Part shown: positions 1 through 7,436 of the stretch, piece after piece
How positions within the stretch are numbered: the first letter of the stretch is position 1
How the letters are laid out: each line of letters starts with the position of its first letter
NCBI GenBank assembly: GCA_021650915.1
Contig: CP091279.1
Coordinates: 210,001 to 242,000 of the forward strand
DNA from: Candidatus Brocadia sp.
GTDB taxonomy: Bacteria; Planctomycetota; Brocadiia; Brocadiales; Brocadiaceae
Length of the DNA: 32,000 nt
Direction of reading: 5' to 3'
The notes under the pieces: generated by a model
Databases searched by the model: none
Seen by the model: only the letters and a program-made list of their open reading frames with translations
Told to the model about the DNA's origin: nothing
Position numbers and translations under genes: made by a program

Positions 1-854
1 CTTCGACAAAAACCTCGATAAAAAGCTCTCCTTCCCTGGAGAAGACGATGTTTTCAGGAAGAAATATTCATTTCGGGGTGAGGGAGCACGCCATGGGTGG
101 TATTTTGAATGGGCTGGCGCTGTACGGAGGCATTATTCCCTTTGGCTCAACCTTTCTGATGTTCTCCGACTATATGCGTCCTCCCATCCGGCTTGCAGCC
201 ATGATGAAGATCCAGGTGATCTATGTATTTACCCACGACAGTATCTTTGTTGGTGAAGACGGTCCTACCCACCAGCCCATTGAACAATTGCCCTCCCTCC
301 GTGCCATACCCAACCTGCTGGTGATACGGCCGTCAGACGCCACCGAAACAGCGGCTGCCTGGATAACGGCGCTCAAGCATAAAAACGGGCCAACGGCGCT
401 GATCCTCACCCGTCAGGATGTACCGGTAATCATCCGTTCAATTTATCCGTCACAAAGTCAGTTGCAACAGGGGGCGTACATTTTAAAGGATTCCGTCAAA
501 CCGCCGGAGATCGTCCTTATGGCAACCGGCTCAGAGGTCGCCATTGCCCTTGATGCCACCCTGCAGTTGCAGGGAAAAGGGATACAGGCGAGGCTTCTGA
601 GTGTGCCCTGTTTCGAGCTGTTTCGCTCTCATTCAGCGGAATACAGGAACAGCGTGCTCCCGCCGGACTGCAGAAAGCGGGTGGCCATTGAAGCCGCCGG
701 AAAAAGCAGTTGGTATGAACTGGTCGGGTTGGATGGTCTTATCATCGGGCTCGATGGCTATGGCGCTTCAGCGCCGGCAAAAATCCTGGCAGAGCACTAT
801 GGTTTTACAGTAAAAAATATTCTTAGTGAAATTGCCAGGAAATGGGGCGTTTAA
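1..854 (+). CDS. tkt: transketolase, C-terminal part (5' end lies outside the window)
   Basis: The frame is open from nt 3 with no upstream stop, so the gene continues off the window edge. GRNIHFGVREHAMGGILNGLALYGG, THDSIFVGEDGPTHQPIEQL and GPTALILTRQ match the conserved transketolase Pyr and C-terminal domain motifs (compare E. coli TktA). Confidence 0.9.
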   Translation, partial: STKTSIKSSPSLEKTMFSGRNIHFGVREHAMGGILNGLALYGGIIPFGSTFLMFSDYMRPPIRLAAMMKIQVIYVFTHDSIFVGEDGPTHQPIEQLPSLRAIPNLLVIRPSDATETAAAWITALKHKNGPTALILTRQDVPVIIRSIYPSQSQLQQGAYILKDSVKPPEIVLMATGSEVAIALDATLQLQGKGIQARLLSVPCFELFRSHSAEYRNSVLPPDCRKRVAIEAAGKSSWYELVGLDGLIIGLDGYGASAPAKILAEHYGFTVKNILSEIARKWGV

Positions 855-949
855 ATTGAGGAGAATGACCGCCGGGGAACAGGAGGAATCTATCCTTAAT
901 GAAGAGTATCTTACAGAAAATATTTTGACATTTTTAGTAAAAATATTGT

Positions 950-1006
950 GTAGCGCAGGCATCGTACCTGCATTTTAGCGAATTGCAGACTGGAAGCCTG
1001 CGCTAC
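950..1006 (+). terminator. hairpin downstream of tkt (11-bp perfect stem, 35-nt loop); possible terminator or member of a palindromic repeat family
   Basis: gtagcgcaggc (950-960) is the exact reverse complement of gcctgcgctac (996-1006). It is followed by gaccttttcc. The loop is long for a canonical intrinsic terminator. Confidence 0.3.
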
Positions 1007-1241
1007 GACCTTTTCCGGCTCGTTCGGGTTAGTCATTATGTTGCTCCGGCAACACCCAGAAACGATGAAAATTGGGTTTGTTGCTGTATTATAAATTAAT
1101 ACTGATAGTTACGCTGTTTTTTGTGGTCTTATTTCCGAACCAGAAATTTTCAAACTTTCTGCTCCTGTCTAACACACACCCAACCCCCGCTCAAGCTTAC
1201 TGTTGGACAATCTTTTTTCTAGACAAGTTCTGTTTAGGGAC

Positions 1242-1272
1242 GACTTCGTCGTGAGTGCTCAGTCGAACGATT
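1242..1272. repeat. 31-bp repeat, inverted partner at 18022-18052
   Basis: gacttcgtcgtgagtgctcagtcgaacgatt matches the reverse complement of 18022-18052 at 29/31 positions by eye alignment. Confidence 0.7.
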
Positions 1273-1413
1273 AAGGCGTTGATTTTTACGCCGAATCCAC
1301 CACACCTATTTCCCGGAAAGGTGGATTCGCTCTCGCTTAATCCACCCTACCGCAGACCCGTTTAAATAAAATGAAAATTCCTATACCATTAAGTTGAGGA
1401 TATTGTAACTATA

Positions 1414-3460
1414 GAGCTGGCGCATAAGCGAAAAGATTCGTTGTAAATCAGGGAGAAGAGGCGATAGGACGGGGCAATAATTTTGTAAAGTCTACAAAAA
1501 GATATCAAGAACGGCAGCATGAAAAGGCTTGTTTTTCAGGGGAGATGAAAAAATATTTGAAGAAAAGAGGGGAAAAATTACAAAATAGTCGTGCCCATCT
1601 TGTATAATAAATCAGGCAAACTATTCGAAATACCATACAAGGGAGGGCACAGTGAAATGATACCATTATTGAGGAACACAAGCCAGCAAAAACCATTATT
1701 CCATATCATTCATGAAGACGACAGATATTTGCTGAATACCGATGATGCGGAGTGGTTTCAGGTATTGTACCATTTTCGATACGAAAGATATGTGGGGTTT
1801 GGAGTAGACTATTATAATGCGCTGCATGAATTTAACCAGAAGCAGGCCAGGGAGCGAGAAGAGCGAGGAGTTGAGGGGGAGAAAGATGCGAGGGAGACCA
1901 AGGAGGAAGCGCGGCAGAGATTGCTCTTTTCACGGGTAACCATGCAGGCAGAGGGTGAGAGAGGAGAAGGGGTTTTATTCGAGGTAAAAAGAGAAGATTT
2001 GTCGCTATCGGGGGTATCTCCGGAGAGTATAGCGCCTGGCAAGGTGCCATTTCGATTTGGGGGGAAAAAGCCGAAGTGTTTTTTTGCTTTGCTGAAGAGT
2101 TTTATCGGTGCAACGATAATGGGGTTTCCCGCCGAGCCGGAAAAGGTGTACCGGTTATTGAAGAGCAATCCCAGTTTTGCGCGGGTATGTGGATTTATTC
2201 CCAGACACGTCAGGGACGAGTATTGCAGTGAGCACATACCAAGCCTTCGGAAGCTGGAGCAGTTTGACCAGATCATGAGAGAAAGCGGGATATGGGCGAG
2301 GATAAAAGTGGAAGAGGTGAAAGCGAACATAACGAGTGGGATCATAAGAAAGGAAAATGAGTTGGTGGGAGACACGACCCATTATTACGCGTATTCGGGC
2401 TTTGAGACCGTAGTATATAAAGATGCGAGTGGCAAAGAGCAGAAGAAATCGCAGTCAAAGGTAACCAAGAGGTGTGGTTGCGAAGACAAGCAGGGGTGCA
2501 GTCATTCGTGGGGATTGAGTGATGATGGGGCGGGGACAATCGTAAAATCCGGGGGAAAGATGTATTGGGGTCACAAGGCAAGTGTGCTTGGGTATCCCCG
2601 TCAAGGGATACCCTTAGATGCGCGTGCGATAAAGGATGCGGCGACCTTTGATGGAATGACCTTATACCCGCACGTGAAGGAAGTCTTTGAGATGTATCCG
2701 GAGATTCAACCGTCGGTAGAAAGGGTATTGTATGATAGCGCAGGCGACAGTGATGAAATCAAGAAGAAATTCAGGGAGGATCTGGGTATAGAGGTAAAGG
2801 TGTCTTTCAATCCAAGAAGGAAAAAGGAGATCACGGAAGATTTGCCACGAGGAATAGACAAGATTACACCGTATGGTATTCCGGTGTGTAAGGCGGGATA
2901 CGAGATGGAATATCAGGGGATGAGATACGAACATGAGAAGTTTATCTATCAAGCGCCAAAGGATTCAGACAATGCGCCGGTATGTCGCGCTTGTTATCAT
3001 CGCGAGGATTGTTGCCCAAACGCTACCGGTGGCAGGATAATCAATATCTCGTTTGATCTCTTGCCACACATAGACCCCAAAGACCCTCCGATGGCGAAGA
3101 GGTACAAGGCCATCATGTCCCGTCGTCCTGCGGTGGAAAGGATGATAAAACGGTTGAAGTGTGACTTTGGGGATGATCGGCTCACGAAGCGGGGAAACGA
3201 TTCGTTCCAGGCATACCTGGATAAAACCATGATTGCGTTTCATGTCTTGTTAAGAAACTAAATCTGGTTTTCAGCGTAAAAGAGTCGTCGTGTGGAGGGA
3301 TGGTACGTCTGGAATTCGGCTTATTTGGTCTGGTGTCCTCTGACGAATCGTTTTTCTCTCTCTTTGACCTCGCTTTTGAGTGAAATCCGTTTCTCTGTCA
3401 ATGCACACATGATGCAGTTCCGCCTTTTCATGGCTTGTTTTTTAGTTTATGCGCAGGCTC
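1414..3460 (+). mobile_element. putative IS element (IS4/IS5-superfamily, about 2.05 kb) carrying the DDE transposase
   Basis: Candidate terminal inverted repeats: gagctggcgcataag (1414-1428) versus the reverse complement of tttatgcgcaggctc (3446-3460), 12/15 matches. Both ends are flanked by TATA (1410-1413 and 3461-3464), compatible with a 4-bp target duplication. The boundaries are inferred, not proven. Confidence 0.45.
1657..3261 (+). CDS. DDE transposase (IS4/IS5/IS1182-like)
   Basis: The ORF track starts at GTG 1591. ATG 1657 is preferred because AGGGAGGG lies about 10 nt upstream. The C-terminus (CRACYHREDCCPN ... YKAIMSRRPAVERMIKRLKCDFGDDRLTKRGNDSFQAYLDKTMIAFHVLL) matches the CxxC..C plus R(3)E(6)K signature typical of IS4/IS5/IS1182 DDE transposases. 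Confidence 0.8.
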   Translation: MIPLLRNTSQQKPLFHIIHEDDRYLLNTDDAEWFQVLYHFRYERYVGFGVDYYNALHEFNQKQAREREERGVEGEKDARETKEEARQRLLFSRVTMQAEGERGEGVLFEVKREDLSLSGVSPESIAPGKVPFRFGGKKPKCFFALLKSFIGATIMGFPAEPEKVYRLLKSNPSFARVCGFIPRHVRDEYCSEHIPSLRKLEQFDQIMRESGIWARIKVEEVKANITSGIIRKENELVGDTTHYYAYSGFETVVYKDASGKEQKKSQSKVTKRCGCEDKQGCSHSWGLSDDGAGTIVKSGGKMYWGHKASVLGYPRQGIPLDARAIKDAATFDGMTLYPHVKEVFEMYPEIQPSVERVLYDSAGDSDEIKKKFREDLGIEVKVSFNPRRKKEITEDLPRGIDKITPYGIPVCKAGYEMEYQGMRYEHEKFIYQAPKDSDNAPVCRACYHREDCCPNATGGRIINISFDLLPHIDPKDPPMAKRYKAIMSRRPAVERMIKRLKCDFGDDRLTKRGNDSFQAYLDKTMIAFHVLLRN

Positions 3461-3577
3461 TATACTCCACAGGCTCACAATTTGTGATTAATAGTAGTTC
3501 AACACGGACAGACAGAGTTTGTCCATGCCACCTTATTGTCAATTTAAAATTCACATTTTATGAGCATCTTGAGTATA
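3461..3577 (+). mobile_element. 117-bp MITE-like element, copy A
   Basis: About 112/117 identical to 17796-17912. The termini tatactc...gagtata are perfect 7-bp inverted repeats and are compatible with TA duplications. There is an internal hairpin ggacagacagagtttgtcc. Confidence 0.6.
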
Positions 3578-3787
3578 TTCAGCAACAATTGACAGAGAAT
3601 ATTTTCTCTGAATGGTTAAGAGCCAACAAGAAATATGGACAGACCGGAAATCCCGAAGGGATGACATGATTATAGAAAAAAGCACACTACCATATTCAAC
3701 CCCGTACGGGGTGAAATAAGGAAAAAATGAATGATCTCATGCCACCCCTGCGGGGTTAACCGCAATTGCATGATAATATGCTATAAT

Positions 3788-4009
3788 CATAGCGCGGCAC
3801 AGCCGCAACCAAATTTCCTTTATGAAAGCGGAGAGATTGTTTCGGAAAATGCCCTCGCAATGACAGCGACCATGCACTTTGATGGCACACGGCACGTTGT
3901 CATTGCAAGTGAAGCGAAGCAATCTTTCACTCATAAAAAACGGTACCTCCTGAAAGGGGTTTGTGAAAAAAACTTACAAAAAAAGAAGTTTTTATACTGT
4001 AATACTATA
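3788..4009 (+). repeat. 222-bp repeat, intact copy 1 (contains 11-bp-stem hairpin 3854-3864 / 3899-3909)
   Basis: Near-identical to 11964-12079 plus 13587-13692 (116 + 106 = 222 bp). ctcgcaatgac pairs with gtcattgcaag with one mismatch. Confidence 0.85.
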
Positions 4010-4505
4010 ACATCCCTTCGGGATTACAAAATCACCATCTTGTTCACGTGTAGTGATTGTAGCCGAAAGTACGCTGAAAGGTACAAAAAACCGGTAAGAT
4101 TCGTTGTTTTCAATGATACTTGTCCAATGAGAGTCATTGTATCCGGCCGAAATTTTGTCCAACAGCAGGCCGCTCAAGAGGGGACTCAAGAAGGCCCCTA
4201 CGGGTGATCGCAAACAAAGTAGCCGAAGGCCTAATTAATGTTTAGAAATTTCTGTTGCTCAGCAAATCATCGCCTCATGAGGTTTTTCAAAAAGTCGCAA
4301 GGAAAATTCTATCCATCGGTTTAGAAAGGTATTTTCTTAGGTACCTTTCTTGTGAATCCATACCAGCGGTGTCTGGACAATGGACCTATAATCTGGTGAG
4401 TTTTACAGGAGATTATCTTTGATGTCGTTCAGTGCATAGAAATATCAGTCACTCCCTCCCGTAATTGCCCATTTGGGATAAAAACCAAAACGATAAAGAA
4501 CCTGC

Positions 4506-4534
4506 TTGTTTTTTCCCCGCTGTTATTATATTAT
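4506..4534 (+). promoter_or_regulatory. candidate sigma70-type promoter for the four-gene operon
   Basis: TTGTTT (4506-4511), a 17-nt spacer, then TATTAT (4529-4534), about 50 nt upstream of ATG 4586. AGGAG RBS at 4571-4575. Pattern match only. Confidence 0.3.
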
Positions 4535-4585
4535 ACCGGTCCCGCCCTGTGTCTTAGACGGTTTTTTAGAAGGAGCAATAGATAC

Positions 4586-4915
4586 ATGAAGAAAATCATT
4601 CCTTTCGACCTGGATGGAAGTCCGGTATACATTGAAGTCGAAGATGTCCAGGAAACAAGCGCTGGTTTTCAGCGTGTTGCGCGTGACAATGAAGAAAAAG
4701 GAAAATCAGAAAATCGTTTCACCGATGCGATAACAAAAGTGAAGCCTGCCGCAGAAGCAGTTTTAAAAATGTTTCAGGAAATGAATACCCCGGATGAAAT
4801 CGGCCTCGATTTTGGCATAAAGTTTAACGCAAAGGCAGGCGCCGTGTTTGCTTCTGTTGACAGCGAGGCAACCTTTAAAGTTTCTCTTAAGTGGAAAAAC
4901 AAAAAAGAGGGCTAA
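4586..4915 (+). CDS. small protein resembling the trypsin-co-occurring Trypco2 / CU044_2847 family
   Basis: 109 aa with a good RBS. The N-terminal IPFDLDGSPVYIEVEDV and C-terminal IGLDFGIKFNAKAGAVFASVDSEATFKVSLKWK follow the family pattern as I recall it. It sits immediately upstream of a trypsin-like protease. Confidence 0.6.
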   Translation: MKKIIPFDLDGSPVYIEVEDVQETSAGFQRVARDNEEKGKSENRFTDAITKVKPAAEAVLKMFQEMNTPDEIGLDFGIKFNAKAGAVFASVDSEATFKVSLKWKNKKEG

Positions 4916-4918
4916 CCG

Positions 4919-6402
4919 ATGTCTCGCTCTGAAAGAGAAAATTTTATTGTACGCATCCTAGATCAGAACAATAAACCGGTAGGGGCAGGGTTTCTGATCT
5001 CTCCCCGGCACGTTCTTACCTGTTCCCATGTCATCTCGAAACTTGACGAAGAGATAACCCTTGATTTTCCCTTGCTGTCAACACAAAAATACAAAGCCTG
5101 CATCAAGGTTCAATTTTCACCGAAAGAGTCGGCTTGCCCTGATGATATCGAAGATATCGCCGTGCTGGAATTCCTGTTAAATCAGGAATTGCCAAATGAC
5201 GTCTCTTTTGCAACGGTGAGTGATATTCGTGACTTGTATGATCATCCTGTGAATGTATGCGGATTTCCGGAAGGCAATGACGGAGGCAGCTGGGTAGATG
5301 GCAAACTCAGGGGGGGGGTACGGCTCAGGGCTGGATACAGTTTGATCAGGAGATGCATGCAAAGTGCGTAAAACACGGGTTTAGCGGCACGGCAGTGTGG
5401 AATAAGGAAATAAAGGCAGTTGTGGGCATGGTCGTCAGTATAGACACCAGCGATAATAGAACAACTACTTACATGATACCGGCTTCTCAACTGATCAAAG
5501 CATGGCCGGAGCTTGGCAAACAAAGAAAAGCCGGGGATCATGCCAAAGTTGACTCTGAGCGAAGACCACGGGAGTCTTTCATTTACTTTCTGCCATATCT
5601 GAGTGATCGTAGCCAGCAAGCAGACAGACTGGAATTAACGCTGGATGAATGCGAGGACTGTCTCCATGAAAAACCTCTCGTCAGCATTATTCACGGTGAT
5701 GAAAAGGAGTGCCATGACAAATTTATCAAACGGCTGCACGAGGTGATGTTGCCGCAAATGTTATGTGAACCGGGAAGAGTGCATGTTGATCTTACTATGG
5801 TGGAGTGGCCTTCTATGAAGGAAGACATAAAGATGCGCTGCAAAAAATTGACGAACAATATTAGTAAAGCCCTTACCGGCAGCAGAAGGGCTAATGCCGG
5901 GGAGATTAAGGAGGCGCTCAACAGGAAGATTTCCCCGCAGATGATCTACTTTACACTCCCGGTTGCTGCATGGGAAGAAAATGAGGCAGAATTAGTAAAG
6001 TACTGGCTGCAGTATTGGAATGAGTTTCCTGACCTGAATGCCGGCAGGAAATTGATGGTGTTCCTCTGTATGAAATATAAACATATCGCAGATAACCATG
6101 CTGAGGGATCAGAAATGTACAGAAAGAAAAATGATGCCGCAAGGCATTTTATTCATGCCCTGCAGTATGTGGAATATGCAAATATCATAGGATTGACCCT
6201 GGATGAATTACAAGCGGTTGCATGGGGTGATGTCGATATGTGGATCACCACCTACGCAGAAAAATTCTGCAATGATACTGAACTGCGTACCAGGGCGATG
6301 GATTATTATAAAAATCGTGAAAAGGTGCCCATGTTAGAACTAGCTGAAAAACTGGAACATTTGCTTTCTGAAACCTGGAGAAAGGAGGGAAGTTTTGTAT
6401 GA
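4919..6402 (+). pseudogene. trypsin-like serine protease fused to a Walker-A-less P-loop-like domain, split by a frameshift at a G9 tract (ORFs 4919-5371 and 5353-6402)
   Basis: The His (TCSHV, nt 5027) and Asp (DIAVLE, nt 5153) motifs are in ORF1. The Ser motif GFSGTAVW (nt 5383) is in ORF2. The ORF2 frame is open back through the G run and reads GGGTAQGWIQFDQEMHAKCVKHGFSG. One extra G would give a single 494-aa ORF. Confidence 0.75.
5310..5318 (+). repeat. homopolymeric G9 tract at the frameshift point
   Basis: Counted directly from the sequence: the final g of 'cag' at 5310 plus gggggggg at 5311-5318. Confidence 0.95.
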
Positions 6403-7436
6403 GTATTTTTTTAAAAGGACAACCGCCTCTTGAAAGCAAAAAGGGTAATTCCGATCTGCCGCTCCCTGTGCGTCACACGCTGGACAATCCCGCTGACTAC
6501 ATCACCGAGACCGGACTTACGGATGCCGTTGATATGGCGATTATCCTGGGTCAGCCGCTGCTGCTGACAGGGGAGGCCGGCACCGGGAAGACCCTCCTGG
6601 CCTATGTGGTCGGTAACGAGCTTGGCCTAGAAACGTATAAGTTCGAAACAAAGTCCACCAGCGCTGCCCGTGACCTCTTTTACCTCTATGATACCGTTGG
6701 AAGATTTCAGGCAAAACAGACGGGAAATGAAGGAATAAATCCCGTCGATTACCTTACCTATAATGCGCTGGGTAAGGCAATCTTACAGACCCTGAAAAAG
6801 GACGAGGTAAATGATTGGCTCCCTCAGGCCAGGAAGGAAGAGGCGCGGTCTGATCAGTTCACCAGGGATTCCCGCCGGGAGGCAGACTGGCAGCGCCGGT
6901 CAATCGTCCTCATCGATGAAATTGATAAGGCGCCGCGGGATTTTCCTAATGATATTTTAAACGAAATTGAAAACATGTATTTCAAAATACCGGAACTTGG
7001 GAACAAGTCATTTGTGGCTGCCGCTGCCTTGCGCCCTCTTGTCTTTATTACCAGCAACTCGGAGAAGCATTTGCCTGACGCATTCTTACGGCGGTGCATT
7101 TTTTATAATATTGATTTTCCAAAGGCGGACATCATGAAGAAGATCATAGAAAGGCGGGTTGGGAGATACGTCACAGACAGCAAAACGTTTCTGAATAAGG
7201 CGGTTGGCTTGTTCTACGAACTCCGGGAGCCAAAAGCGGGTTTGCAAAAAAAACCGGCGACTGCTGAACTTCTCGGGTGGATCATCGCCCTGAAAGAGAT
7301 GAATAAGGATCAGGCAGACCCGTTAAGCAGGGTGAATGAAGAGAAGATACTCAGCAGTCTCTCTGTATTGATTAAAAACACCGAAGATATAGCCCAGGCA
7401 AAAAAAGCTGTTGTGCAATGGCTCAGGAAAAATTAA
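6399..7436 (+). CDS. MoxR-like AAA+ ATPase
   Basis: Walker A LLLTGEAGTGKTLLA, Walker B IVLIDEIDKAPRD, and downstream FITSNSEKHLPDAFLRRC. Single AAA+ module of 345 aa. The start overlaps the upstream stop (ATGA). Confidence 0.85.
   Translation: MSIFLKGQPPLESKKGNSDLPLPVRHTLDNPADYITETGLTDAVDMAIILGQPLLLTGEAGTGKTLLAYVVGNELGLETYKFETKSTSAARDLFYLYDTVGRFQAKQTGNEGINPVDYLTYNALGKAILQTLKKDEVNDWLPQARKEEARSDQFTRDSRREADWQRRSIVLIDEIDKAPRDFPNDILNEIENMYFKIPELGNKSFVAAAALRPLVFITSNSEKHLPDAFLRRCIFYNIDFPKADIMKKIIERRVGRYVTDSKTFLNKAVGLFYELREPKAGLQKKPATAELLGWIIALKEMNKDQADPLSRVNEEKILSSLSVLIKNTEDIAQAKKAVVQWLRKN

Noticed and set aside
1812-2375. 187-aa minus-strand ORF inside the DDE transposase gene
   Set aside because: It is antisense to a well-supported transposase. 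Its Ser/Leu-rich sequence has no start context.
3292-4207. ORFs 3292-3669 (125 aa) and 3731-4207 (158 aa) as possible genes upstream of the operon
   Set aside because: Both run straight through the MITE-like element and the 222-bp repeat. They have no RBS and no recognisable motifs. The corresponding reading frames are not preserved in the second repeat copies. Treated as non-coding repeat DNA.
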